A stretch of DNA of 64,000 nucleotides, taken from Lama glama. Its lineage: Eukaryota. Every line of letters begins with the position of its first letter. Within the stretch, counting starts at the first letter, position 1. This document shows, in pieces, positions 11,900-25,085 of the stretch. The stretch lies in NCBI GenBank assembly GCA_028534125.1, contig CM052818.1:40054001-40118000 (forward strand), written 5' to 3'. The notes below the pieces were generated by a model. The model had not been told where the DNA came from. It saw only the letters and a program-made list of their open reading frames with translations, and did no database searches. The translations under genes were made by a program, and so were the position numbers.

Positions 11900-13300
11900 C
11901 TGAGAACATACAGAGTGTATAAAAAATAAAAATCCCTCATAATTCCACTGCACATCAATAAAATTTGCTATTGTTTTCCTGTGTGTTGTTTCCATCTAAT
12001 ACAGACATTCCAAGTGGTAGAATGCTTCAATAAAAATGTACAAAGCTCTTTTGTTACTGCCTTCTTTTCTTAGTCACATTCTTAACATTTTTGAAACCAT
12101 GATTCTTAAATCTGGGAGTATATTACATTTCATGATATTTCGTAATTTGTTTAAATATTGTTTTCTTCTTGAGCATTTAGATTTTTGCTAGTTTTTCAGG
12201 TAATAATCAAACATGTATGTAAACATATCCATATATTTTTGATTATTTGTCAGGACACATTTTTTTTTCCCAGTGGAATTTCTAGGGCAATAATCTCAAC
12301 AAGTTTAAGGACTTTCATGAACATTGCCAATTTGCCCCAGACAAACTGTTTTCAACTTATTTAGGTGGTTTGCAAGAGTCTTTATTTGCTCACAGGTTCA
12401 CCCCACCAGGTGTTTTTAATATCTACTAACATGACAGGCAAAGAATGGTATCTTTTCAATCTTTATAAATTTTGTGTGGGATTGAATTTGTTTTCATAAG
12501 TACTTTGGATATTTTAAAATTTGTTCTTCTTTTCCATTTTTATCCCCATTGTGATCCAAGAAACTTTTAACATTTCTTTCTAAGGATATATAAAATATTA
12601 AGGTATTAAGCTTAATATCTTCCAAATACTTTCCCAAGTTTTCTGCTTGTAAATTTTGTCTATAAGATGTGTTGATGAACATATTTTTTGTGATAAAGTA
12701 GTTCAATTTCATTATTATTCTTTATCTTGTTATTTGTTGAGTTTTTGGTTGTCATTTTATTTTATTTACTTTTTTGCATGTAAGGTCTCATGTACCTTAA
12801 AATGAGGTACCTATATAATTTCTTTTTGTGGTTCCTTTAGAGTTTCTCTTTCTACATTTAATTTTATATTAATTTAGAATTAATTGAGGCATATAAAAGG
12901 AATCAGGATTTTAACCACATGTATATTTTTTCAAATTAGTTGTCATGTTTATTATTCCTGGTGAATAAATATTAATTTAAAAAGAATGGGCATCCATTAA
13001 ACCTAATAATCTCATCTAGGGACAGAACATGTCTCTACAATTTTTCATTTTAAATTTTCTTGTTAAAGTTTTATTATGTTCTTATATGTGCTTTGAAACA
13101 TTTTTGTTGGGCTGGATATTTTATGAATATTTTTCTTATCAACAGGAATAGACTATTTCTCAGATCAAGTTCAAACTAAGTTGTATACCGACATGGGAAA
13201 CTACTGATTTTGGTTTTTTATGCTATTCCAATAATCTAATTTTAAATTATTGTTAATTTTAAGAAAGTTTTAGTTGAGTAACTTCTGAGTTTTTGTTCAT
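11900..13300 (-). mobile_element. Highly decayed L1ME-type element
   Basis: T-rich antisense L1 motifs (gagcatttagattttt, cagtggaatttctagggcaa, aacattgccaatt, aagaatggtatct). Confidence 0.6.
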
Positions 13301-13371
13301 ATCTGTTCACATTTGTTCATATTTTTGTTCATATCAATCTGGCAGCTGCAAGCCCAGATTATTGCTGTTAA

Positions 13372-13393
13372 GTGTGTGTGTGTGTGTGTGTGT
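13372..13393. repeat. (TG)n microsatellite
   Basis: Direct reading. Confidence 0.95.
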
Positions 13394-14829
13394 ACTCTCA
13401 AGAGTAACTTTTGGTATTTGCTCTCTGTATTGTTACCGAGTTTACAATGATTATTTAGGAAATATGCACGTCTGCTTCCAACACTTAACTCATTACATCA
13501 ATACTATATTATCTCTAATCTTGAATTATTAAATTTTAATGATCTTTTGGTCACTTTTTTAAAAGAAGATTACATGAGAAGTATATTTTCTAAACCCTGA
13601 TGCATCAAAAGAGAGAGAACCTCTTCTGTTTGTGCTCATGGATGACATGAACAAAAGCCTACTTTTTTCTTATATAATCCCTGATCTGTATGTATCAGAG
13701 TACAAATTCAATACAAAGTAGCACAAAGCTGCGTTAAGTATTTAACAGCAGATATTTCAAGGCTAGTCAGACATACCAAAAGTGTTCAGTTGCACAGAAA
13801 TGATAAGACAATTGATTTTTTATCTAGTCAATAAATCCAGTAGACTTCCTACATGGTTGCTGCTGTAAAGCATTTTTAAACATTAGGGCGGTAGTGACAC
13901 TGACTACATCTTAGAATATCTCCTAATCCCCTGTTCTCTGGAGTTGGCTAACCCTAAACTGTGTTAAGTCTCTAAGGGTTTCTCAACATAATACTTTAAT
14001 TATCATGGCATCTCTAGAACAAGGTTTGCCCACAATCAGCAGTAACAGTTTTCTTAGCCAGGATAGAATCCTTTCATATGTCTCTCTAAAAAACTTATTA
14101 TTGATAGATATTGTTGCATTATTCCAAGTTTTCAGAAGACAGGCAATAAAATATGTGTATGTCTAGGAACAACCTTAGTTGTTAAATAATGTGCTATGTT
14201 TTAAAGTGTCTTATAATCCATAGCCCAATCAGAAGCAGAACGAGCCTTAGAAGTTGGAAATACTTTTGCTTATCTTTCAGATACTATAGGATTGCTGCCT
14301 TCTAAATGGAAAGAGGCTCTATTAAAATGGTATGCTCTTTGTACAGAGAAAAATCCTTTAGTTTATTAATTTTTTTCCTACTGCCATGTTTATATAAGCC
14401 ACAAAAATTAAGAACTGTGAAGAGTTCTGCAAAGAAAACACTGTCATTTTTCCTCCCTTCACCCTACACTACCATGGCAGTCTTTTTTTTTTTCTGTCAA
14501 ATAGGAAGGGTGGAGGGTGAGATAATAAGGCTTATGGAAAGATACACTAAGAGAACAAGAAATCTCATGTCTTTAAGAGAAGAGTCACTAAGTGTTGAGA
14601 AAACAACTAGAAAATGTTTAAGTTCAAATTGGTCTTGAAGGAGAGAAATCCATATGACCTCATTTTGAATTTGATTTCAGAATGGGATGTATTAGGAGAT
14701 AATAAATTTAAGGAATTTAAAGGAAAAAACTTCAACTAGATCACCTTTTGATTTACGACAGTTACAGTTGAGAAATAAAGGGATGGGACTGTGCCTTAAT
14801 GCCTAGGCATTAAGGTAGGATGAAGAATG

Positions 14830-15075
14830 TGATCCATACGTATGTACCATTTTGCCTATTCTGAAGCTGGCTGTAGTAGTAGCAATCTCCCAATTCAATA
14901 AGTGGCTCTCTGATAATGAAAGAATCTATGAATTGGCCTGGTTCTGCTCTAGCCAGAGTCTCTCTTCAATCCTGCAAAGCATCCTGCAAATCACATGATA
15001 TTTTGCGATGAATCCTCTTCTACTTAAACTCGGTAGAGTGGGTTTTCTTATCTGTACCTTAATCCATTTGAGACA
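14830..15075 (+). mobile_element. ERVL-type LTR 3' fragment (LTR33/LTR16/LTR41-like)
   Basis: gaatcctcttctacttaaactcggtagagtgggttttcttatctg resembles an ERVL LTR U5 end. Confidence 0.5.
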
Positions 15076-15094
15076 TTGTTAGATAATTAAGTGG

Positions 15095-15151
<57 letters not shown>
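15095..15151. repeat. Compound (TA)n(CA)n microsatellite
   Basis: Direct reading. Confidence 0.97.
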
Positions 15152-15156
<5 letters not shown>

Positions 15157-17399
15157 TGAGATAATATGGATGGAATTTAGCAAATATGAATCTTTAGCAA
15201 TGTATTCCTATGGTTTACTAAAGTATATACAATTGAGGCACTGCTGCCAACTTTTGGAGTAGACTCTTAATTGAAAATTCTGGAATTCTTTTTTAGTTGT
15301 GCTTAAACCTTTCAATATATTGAAGTTCTTGTGGTTTATGTAACATGTAGGGGCAAAACAGCTATATAGTAGAAAGAGTGTTCTAAAATAGCCACAAATT
15401 GTATCATCTTGTAATGGAGCACTAAGAATTTATATCCAGATGTTTGTTTCTTCCTTATAGAATCAGAAGTAATAATTGTGGCACATTTTTATATCATAGC
15501 ACTTGTTTTATAATCAATACCATTCTGAGAAAATTACTGGCAACTGGGGATTTAAGAACCGCAAGAGATGCTTGATTCTCTGTGGAAGCTCATTATGAAA
15601 AAATATTCTGAATTTAATGAATTTACCACTGGACAAATAACACGTGAAGGAAAGTGTGCAGGAGGCTTCTTGTTTTCTTACTCCTAACAAAGGGTCAGAG
15701 GAAAAGGGTCTTTTTCCCCCATGAAAGTTGTCAGGTTTGAGTGCGGTGCTAGGAATTACTGATGTGTCTTGCAATTATAAAGGAAGTCATTTTGGGGGGA
15801 AAGCCAAACTGTTCAGCCATCCTCAATTGGGGTTCTTCTTTGGAACCACTGAACAAAGAAAATGATATATGTGGCTATTTTCTTAATTCTCTCAAGGGTG
15901 GTTATAATAGTACCATTCTAGGTGTACAGGAGAAAAGGTGATTCATTATACTCAATAAATGACCTAGGGCATTGGGGCTAAATTCTCTTGAGATCCAGTT
16001 GAGAAAGGCCGTATGATGAGTGAGATAATGAATCCACTGTATTTTTCTGGATTCCTTCTCATGAGAAATAATATACTTCCTCAATATTTAAGGAAATTAG
16101 AGGTGGGGTTTTCTGAAACTTACAGCTGAAAGCAATTTCACTTTATTTCTTACTATAAGACATGGTGAATTTCAGGTCACTTCTCTGTTTCCTCATTGAT
16201 GGATATGGGGTAGTTAAGTTAATGTAAAGTATGCATTAGTTAGCAAAGAAGTTTGGTACCTGTAAGCAAATAATTATTTTTAAAGTTATAAATCATGCCT
16301 CTGCTGTGAGCTTCTTTTAGAAGAGTGATAATTTGTGAGCTTCGTAAGATCTTGTGGTTTCAAGATGTTTCATTCATTGTTAGAAAAATAAAAGAGAATT
16401 GCACTGAGCACAGTTTGGATGAATAAACCTTTGACACTTAATGACTTAATAACTAGCAATAAAAATTCAGTCTTAACAATTTGCTGACTGTTGACAGCAG
16501 ATGTGTAAACCTGACCTCAATTCATGTATTTGTTGACAGTCCTTCAGAAGCTTAAAGATATGGTTGACAAGTGTGTATCAAACATGGGGCAATTTATTTA
16601 AGGTAGTCATGCCCTTGGAGAAAGGCAGGGACAGTGCTTTTATTTTCAGCAAAGTTTCTCAGTTGCCTTACTGTGATGATGACAAGTGACAAGCTATTCC
16701 TTATGGACGGGTCCAGGGCAGACTGAAGGGTTGGGCAGGGTTTGTTACAAAGATTTTTTAAAAGAGGCATTCAACTGTCAAGTAATTACACACAATGATG
16801 ATTTCATTTCTACTGAGTAAGATGGGGAATGACTTCATTCCATATTTCTACATTTCATTCCAAAAAATTCCTAAAAATCCAAATCTGGGGCTTTATTTAA
16901 GGCAGAGTTTTTGTAGAGGTTTTATTGCTGTTGTCTACCTACCTACTTATCTATCATCTGTCTAAGATCTGTCTATCTCTGTCATCTGTCACCTTCAAAG
17001 TGAAGTCAGAAGTACCATTTCAATACATGATATGGATAAAAATGTGACATTGATTGAAGTAGGAGTAGGGTCACAGATCCTCACCCTCTTGCACCTTTTC
17101 TAGCCTTCTAATGGCAACTGAGTAGCCTTCAAGGAACACTTATCTAGCCTCTTAGAAGACAAATACAAATCTAAGCATACTCATACAAGTAAACACTCTT
17201 CTGATGTAAACCCTCCTTTAATTTCAAATTGTTGGTTGTGCACAGCCCCCAGCTAAAAGAGACGGGTGTATATAGTGACTTCCAAAATATTCTTAGAGAG
17301 TTATGATGTCATCGTTGAGAACATGGGGCTACGGGCAACAGTCATAGAGGTGATGGTGATGGAAACTGAGGGAAGGCCTTTCATCATAAGGTTTGCATT

Positions 17400-17680
17400 C
17401 AAAGAGATTTCATTTAAACTCTGGTTTCATCACTGCTATTGAGCATATTACTTAACTTCTCTAATGATACATTTTCTCTTCTGGAAAATAGAGAGAGTAA
17501 CACAAATATTCATTCATCTCTTAAATGAATATTTTTAGGGCACTGAAGAGGCTTCAGGCACCATGCTAAGTGGTAGGCATTGTGCAAGTTGTCTCCCTGC
17601 ACAAATGTTTTGAAGATGACATGGCATAATATGCAGAGATGCAGGCACTTAATGAGAGCTATTATGTTCACCTTATTAAC
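17400..17680 (+). mobile_element. MIR with an embedded antisense L2 tail (~17507-17580)
   Basis: MIR core ttacttaacttctct...ttttctcttctggaaaatagag, then attcattcat...caggcaccatgctaagtg, then MIR 3' part. Confidence 0.55.
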
Positions 17681-17827
17681 AAATACAGAACCCGGCCTTA
17701 GAATGAATACCCAGAAAGTAGGAACCAGGAGACTTTGTAGAAGCTAAGTTGATGTAATCACTGAAACAGCCCTCAGCGTTACTCAGAACTTTCATCACTT
17801 TTGGCCAATATTGTGATAAAAATTCTA

Positions 17828-18810
17828 TCCAGTCAAATCAGGCAAGAAATAAAAGGCATTCAGATTGGAAAAGAAGTAAAACTTCAAAAATTCATAGACA
17901 TCATGACCATCTGTGTAAAGCTTTTGATAAAATATATCCCCTCCAAAAGCTACTAGAATGAATGAGATTAGTAAAGTTGCAAGACTGAGATCAATGTACA
18001 AATATCCATTGCATTTCTATGCACAAGCAATGAATAATCAGAAATTGAAGTAAAAGTATACAATACTATTAAAATACAAAATACTTACATTGGGATATCT
18101 ATTGGAATGGCTACACTGAAAAAGACTAATCATATCAAGTGTTGGAAAGGATATGGAGGAACTTGAACTCTCCTACAGTGCTGGTGTGAACGTAAAATGG
18201 GACGATCACTTTGCAAAAGAGTTTGTCAGGTTCTTAATTAAATATGCAGTTATATAATTCAGCTATTCTACTCTCATGTATTTACCAATTGGAAGTAAAA
18301 CCATATGTCCATAAAAACACTTGTATGCAAGTGTTCACAGAAACCTTATTTGTAGAAGCCAAATGTAGGAAACGACCCAGACGACCACCAACAGGTAAGT
18401 GAATAGACAAGTTGTGGTATATCCATGCAATAAAGTAAATAGAGTACTACTCACAAATAAAAGAAGGAACTACTGATATACTTAACAACATAGACACATC
18501 ACAAAATAGTTATTCTAAATGCAAAATGACAGATCAAAAAGAGTACATGCGATATAATGTCATGTATATAAAATGTTAGGACATGCAAAATAATCCACAG
18601 TGACAGAAAGCCTGTCATGGTTTGCTTGGGGATGGGAGCAGGAGAGATAGATTACAAAGGAGACAACCAAGTTTTTGTGGGTGATGTATATGCCATTATC
18701 TTGACTGTGGTGATGTTTCCATGAGTGTATACATATGCCAAAGATATCAAATTACACTACTTATGTCCAGGCTACTTATGTCAATTATATCTCAATGAAG
18801 CTGTTAAAAT
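17828..18810 (+). mobile_element. Ancient L1 (L1MB/MC/MD class): ORF2 remnants plus 3'UTR
   Basis: aggcaagaaataaaaggcattcagattggaaaagaagtaaaac; caagtgttggaaaggatatggaggaacttgaactctc; ends tcaattatatctcaatgaagctgttaaaa. Confidence 0.92.
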
Positions 18811-19031
18811 GGTTTATAATGTGATAATTCTTAATAAAGGGGAAGGTCAGGGAGCTATGGGAACACAGACTGTGGCACTGTCCTCTAGGCTCCTTCTTAG
18901 GGCATCCATCTAGACTGATAAGGCCAGATATGATCTTGGGCGATTTTTGAAAAACAAAGAGGGAATTCACAGCAAAGAAACCAAATGCCAGGGCAATGAC
19001 TGAAGATAACTCAGAAGAATCAAGAATAAGC

Positions 19032-19258
19032 TCGAGATTTGCAGATACTGACTGGTATATACAAAACAGATAAACAAGTTTATACTGTATAGCACAGGGA
19101 ACTATATTCGATATCTTGTAGCAGCTTACGGTGAAAAAGAATATGAAAACGAATATATGTATATTCATGTATGACTGAAGTATTGTGCTGTACACCAGAA
19201 ATTGACACAACATTGTACACTGCCCATACTTCAATTTAAAAAGGTAGACAAAAAAAAA
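19032..19258 (+). mobile_element. Young camelid-type L1 3' end (L1_Vpa-like), 5'-truncated, with A-tail and 10-bp TSD
   Basis: gagatttgcagatact...tatagcacagggaactatatt...ccagaaattgacacaacattgta; TSD AAGAATAAGC at 19022-19031 and 19257-19266. Confidence 0.9.
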
Positions 19259-19990
19259 GAATAAGCAAGGGACCATATATTTTTTCATACTTAACAAAAG
19301 TTATATAAACAGTAACTTAGAGAAACCATATTATTTTTTTAGTACATTTATTATTATTAGAAAAAATCTCAACTCCTAGTATGTACTGAGCCTTTTTATA
19401 AGCTTTGGAAATATAGATAGGAATGAGACATATATCTAGGAATGATCATATACACAAATAATAAGAAAATGTTTGTAAATATTATTCAAGCTGCATTAAA
19501 AGTTATAGTCCATTATCAGCAGTGTTGAGGAAACAAGGTGACTACACCACCTGAGTTGTACGGAGGGAGATGACACACCCAGAAAATGGATCCAGCCATG
19601 ACACTTAGAGATACTGTGCTCAGAAGGATTGATTTACCTTAAATCAAGTTCACAGAAACTGACTTACAGGCTTGACAATGACATGAATGTACCCTGAGAG
19701 TTAACATTCCAGAATGGAGAAGAATGCTTATCTATCAGTCAGCTGTGTTCTCCCCTACTGGGAACACGAAAACAGTTTCCAGAATTTTGTTTTGCAAGCA
19801 TAGGGTCAGAACTGGGAGGAGGAGAAAGATGATCGTTCATCCCTACCTTAGAAGTAGACCTGTCAGTGCTAAGCCCCGTCTATCTGAGCACTCCTCCCTC
19901 TGGACCATGCAGGAGGAACAGATATGCCCTTTCTTTGGCTCCCCTTTTAAAAATCTCCAAGTGAAGCATCCTTTCTCTGTGGGTTCATCT

Positions 19991-20406
19991 TGTTATGGGT
20001 TGAATTGTGTCATCCCCAAATTCTTATGCTGAAGTCCTCACACAAATATCTTAGAATACGACCTTATTTGGAAACAAGTTTTTGCAGATAATCAAGTTAA
20101 GATGAGGTCACTAGGGGAGGCCCTAACCCAAAAGCACACATGCACAGGGAGAATGTCATTGAAAATGAAGGCAGAGACCTTGGTCATGCTTCTACAAGCC
20201 AAAGAACACCAAAGATGGGAGCGCACCACCAGAAGCCAGGAGAGTCAAGGTACAGATTCTTCCTTAGAACCCTCAGAAAGAACCAGACCTGCTGAGCACC
20301 TTGATCTCAGACTTTTAGCCTCCAGAACCTCCAGACAATAAACTTCCAATGTGTCAGCCACCCAGTTTGTTGTACTTTGTTACTTTGTGACTAGGAAACC
20401 AATACA
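19991..20406 (+). mobile_element. MaLR solo LTR (MLT1B/MLT1C-like)
   Basis: TG...CA ends, tgttatgggttgaattgtgtc, gttaagatgaggtca, gcctccagaac, aataaa; degenerate 5-bp TSD catct/cattt. Confidence 0.92.
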
Positions 20407-21034
20407 CATTTTCTTCCATGATGTCTGTGCAATTTGTATGTCCAATTTTCCTTTCCATCCCCCATACCACATCCTTCAATTAGATCTCTACTCTTTCTGC
20501 TTTGGTTTGGAAGATGCTCTGTAACTTAAAGGGACTTCTGCAGAAATCCTGTCTTATCCTTTCAGATTTAATTTTACCAATTTGTCTCTGGGAAGTGGTG
20601 GTGTTTTCCATGTAAAAGTTTTATTCTCTCACACTTTTATAATGTATTTTATTAAGTACTATATAGGTAATTATCTTATTTTTTAATTTGGCTACCCAAC
20701 TATCCTGTGAGACAGAAAAAATCCTATCACGGATACATTATATCCAAATTGTAGATGTCCTCATTTTAATTGGCTACCATGACCACATCCAAGACCAAAG
20801 ATTTGATTTTCAAATCAAGGAATAAAACACAAACCCTACAAACCGTGGGACACAATAACCCAATGAAATAACCCAGTGTGTTAAATTTGAATGACTTACC
20901 CATAAGCACTAATAGTGCTTGGGCGTTGAGAACTAAGTTCTCTCACCCCTTACTCGACTTAATTTTTATGGAAGTTATTGAACGCAATATTCTCATTACT
21001 GCCTTCAATACTTAAAATAACTTGGATATCTAGT

Positions 21035-21270
21035 ATTTTATTTACTCACTCATTCACTCATCCATTGAATTTATTAAATGCTTACTCTGTTCTAAGCATG
21101 ATGCTCGGTGCTGTGTATTCAGTCATGAGCCAAACAGACGTGGTCCTCATTCTCATGTTATACACAGTCCAATGGGAAAATAACATTTTAAAATAAATGC
21201 ATAATTACACATTCTGATAAGCATTAGAAGGGAAAAAAACCCTGAATGCTATAAGGAAGAATAATATTAA
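21035..21270 (-). mobile_element. L2 3' fragment
   Basis: tcattcactcatccattgaatttattaaatgcttactctgttctaagc...acagacgtggtcct. Confidence 0.8.
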
Positions 21271-21304
21271 ACCAGACTCCTAAGTAGTTTATATTTTTAC
21301 TAAA

Positions 21305-21720
21305 TGCATTAGTCAGAACTCCTTTAGTTGCAGATGAGAGAAATCTTTCACAAGGCGGGGAAACAGTAATAACAGTGGGGAAGGGGCAGGGTTTTTAGAA
21401 AGAACAATGACAGCTGGCTTGGGGAATAACTGAATCCCAGTCCTCTGAATGCGTGTTGCTGATATCCATGCCCTTTATTTCCACTTCTCTTGTCTGCTTT
21501 CCTCCGTCTGCCAACTTCTTTTGCTTCTAGTATAAACTTCCATTCTCTGTTCTGGTACTTCTAGGCATCTGTCTTCATAGACTGGAAGCAGTTCAGGAAA
21601 AGGGCTTTCCTTGTTTAGAGGTGGTTCCTTGGTAGAAAAAGTTCCTAGGAAATACTCCTCAGTCCAGCATCAGTGTTTTATTTGAAGGGAAGACCACACT
21701 AAGAGGAAATGTGGACAGAC
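21305..21720 (-). mobile_element. Old MaLR LTR (MLT1J/K-like), degenerate
   Basis: attagtcagaactcctttagttgcagatgagagaaa is typical of an old MLT1 end in reverse. Confidence 0.45.
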
Positions 21721-22349
21721 ATCACTTAGCTTAAATCCCTTTCACTTACGCATTTCCTTGCACAAGCTAAGTAGCAACTGTGCAGAAGCAAGAAAGGAGA
21801 GGGCTGTCAGGGCACATCCCATCTGTGCAGGAATTGACCAGTCTCACTGCTTTGGTCACTACTCACTCATGGCCAGTGTTTCCTGGTCTCTGATGCCTTA
21901 TGGTCAGCGTGTGCAAAGCTGACAGCAGCTCTGGAGCAATGCAGGGGTTAATGCCCGTCAGGTCTGGCGGGAGGTGGGCATATATGCTAATTAGGAGCCT
22001 AGGGACTCTGGGTGCCTCATTTTCCAACCCTCGTATTCTGATTGCTGACAACTAGATTTTCACTAACTGTTGCATGATTGGCTATCTATGGCTCTTTACC
22101 ACTCCTTATCAGCGTGTTCATAAATTTTTGTACATTCTAAAATATCTTTATAACATCGGGGTGTAGTCAGTGTTCATCTCTTTTAAAAGAAATAGGCGTT
22201 TGCTTACCCGTAACAGGGTTAAAAAAAAAACATTTAAAACTTTACACTTGTGGAAAATGCATTTACAGGCATAAGCCCACGTTGGGCAGGAAAGCTTATC
22301 TATGACTTTTAAGCATGGTAAACGGATTTTTATTCACTCCTGTTAAAAT

Positions 22350-22635
22350 ATGGGGTGAGAACTGTCACAGCCAAGAGGAGCCTAAGGAGACATGACAATT
22401 AAATGAAATGTATCCTCTATGGGATCCTTAGGATATAAAAATGATATTAGGCAAAAACGAAGGAAATCTGAATATACAATGGACACTGGTTAACACTAAT
22501 GTGTCAAAGTTGTCAATTAATTGTAACCATATCAATGTAAGACGTTAACGGGGAAAACTAGGTGAGAGTATATACAAACTCACTGTACAATCTTTCAAAC
22601 TTTCTGTAAATCTAAAACTGTTCTAAATTTTTTAA
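22350..22635 (+). mobile_element. L1MC-type 3' end
   Basis: gagaactgtcacagccaagaggagcctaaggagacatgacaattaaatg...ctttctgtaaatctaaaactgttctaaa. Confidence 0.9.
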
Positions 22636-24332
22636 AAGTTTCCTTAAAAACACTAGAATGAGGCATTCTTTACAAAATTTTATTTTACATACCGCGATGA
22701 ATATTGTGCCCATTCCTGCTGCATCAGCACAGTCAGAGGAAAAAGCAGGAAAAATTGGGGAGAGGTATTCTGGACCCCGCAAGAATAGCAATTGCATTTG
22801 GTTAGAGTTATTGGTATTTGAAGCCTGAATTTACCAATAACCTTGATATATTTTGCTATTAATTGTTGATGGTGCATGGCTAAAACGTAATGTCTCAGTG
22901 AGAAACTGATGAACAGAATCTGAGATTTTAAAAGAAGCCACTCAATAAATATAAATTTTGTTTATTTTTATCTCTGATCACATTGATTTGCAGAATGCTT
23001 AACAGCTCTCCTTTTCCTTATGTAAAAACTCAAAACTGAGTTTTTAAAAGCATCATTCCCCATGGTCCTCTCACTCTCCCATCCTCCCTCCTGATCTTCC
23101 TTCTCCCCTTTCTCCCACTCCTCCTTCCACATTTATTGAGTATCCACTCTGTTCCAGACACTACACTGAAGCTCGGTCAAGTAACATACCACCTAGTGGG
23201 AGAGATACAGGCAAACGTCACAAAACTGAATTTTCTATGCAAGAAGAAATAGGCAGCTGTCTTTCTCTTTTCAAAGGAGCTTGACAGGTTTGTCCCCTTG
23301 AAAATTCACCTTTCAATGGCACAAGATTAGAAAGGAGAGACTGGCACCAGCCAGCCACTGGGAGAGAAAGGCGGCTCTGGGAGGGGGGAAAGCCAGGGGC
23401 TCATGTCTGTAGCACAGAGGTGTGAGATCCCGGGCAAGTCCATCCACTCCTGTGTCCCCAGCTTCCTTGGGGACCAAGGGATGAAGGTGCTTCTAGCTTA
23501 ACTCTGTGGTCTTCAATTGCACGGGTGTGGGGCTCTTTAAGAAACATTTGCTCCAGCTGATGTTTAAAGACTCCTAATTCTCCAAGGATTGACCAAGGAG
23601 GGTTTTCCTGTTTTTCCAAGCTGCCCTGCAAAACATATTATACTGTCCAGAAGTGATGTTTAAAGTTTCAATAGCTTCTGGTTCTCTGGGCCACATCACC
23701 TTGCAGTTGCCCTCAAATTGTTTCTGAATCACGTTTCTCTGGCACGAAGCAGGAGCCCTCGGTTCACATTACGCCTTACAATGTACAGCGCTCTCGCCCC
23801 GCTGTAGAGGAGCTTTAATGTCAGAATGAAAAATGATAAAGCATAAATGAAATAGCAACCACATGTTCTCTGTAGTGTGGCCCTGGGTCTGCGTGGCCTT
23901 TCCAAGCGGGGAGCAAAGCACCTTTGCAGCTCTCGGTAACAGAGGTGGGGTCTGCCAGGGTTAGGGTGGGGGGGGGGTGTCCGGGCTGTGCCTTCACAGT
24001 CCCCAGCCTGGGGTGACCTGAAGCCAAGAGCGGTTGCCTAGCTGGCCAGAGTCACCCTAGAAATGGCCACTGTAGGCAGAGAGTGGTGCAGTTAGACAGA
24101 GGAGGGCTTAATGGAACGGACCCAGAGCATCGGGTTCAAGTTTCTGTTATATCCATCTGCCCAGCTGATTCTACATCATGATTACAAACCCTCCTTCCTC
24201 TTCATACCTAGCCCTTTTTGTTCCCAACCGAATTCCTGTGGCATCCTCTGATTGTCTTAGTGCCGCAAGTCTTGTCACCTTTCAACCTACTCACCCTTCT
24301 GCAGGCAAAGTGATATATTAAAAAAAAAAACT

Positions 24333-24630
24333 AGTTTCAGTTATGTAAAATGAGTAAGTTCTGGAGATTTAATGTACAGTGTGGTGACTATAATAAACAA
24401 TACTGTATTGTATACTTGAAATTTGCTAAAATGTTAGATTTTGAGTGTTCTCGCCACACACACAATCATCCACAAGAAAAAAAAAATGGTACCTATGTGA
24501 GGTGATGGATATGCTAATTAGCTTCATTGTAGTGATCATTTTACAATGGACACACATATGAAAACATCAAGTTGTGTATCTTCAATTTACACAATTCCTA
24601 TTTGTCAACTATACGTCAATAAAGCCGAAA
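24333..24630 (+). mobile_element. L1MA (L1MA8/9-like) 3' end
   Basis: taagttctggagatttaatgtacag...aatactgtattgtatacttgaaatttgctaa...gtgaggtgatggatatgctaattagc...tcaataaagc. Confidence 0.92.
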
Positions 24631-25085
24631 GTATATATAAAACTCCCTATCCAGCTTCCTCATGATGAAGCAGGTCCAGTCTTCTAAACGCGATTGGGAG
24701 TTTCCTTTGTGATGTTGCTTCTTATCTCCTAAGACTCTCTCAGGACCATCCACTTTATGTCTTAACAACTACTCACAGCTCCTGGCCCACACCGTGCTCA
24801 TGGACACTTGCACGCCCTTGCCCTGCCTTTTCCCCAGCCTGAGAAGCCCTTACCTCACACTGACTGCTTGGGGAATTAACACTCATTCTTCAAGACAATT
24901 CAGATATCACCTCCTGTCAAGTCTGTCTGATAACCACCCTAGGGAACTTAGGATTCTGACAGGTCCTTGTATATACCTTTATTACATAGTTATGCAATTT
25001 TGTGTTGTAAATATTTATTTATAATTCTGTCCCTTGCCTACTACTGTGAAAAACTCAAATATAGAAAATCCCCTCTATACTTCGT

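Noticed and set aside
18785..19297. 170-aa hydrophobic minus-strand ORF
   Set aside because: Largely the antisense of an L1 3'UTR, and it spans the insertion junction
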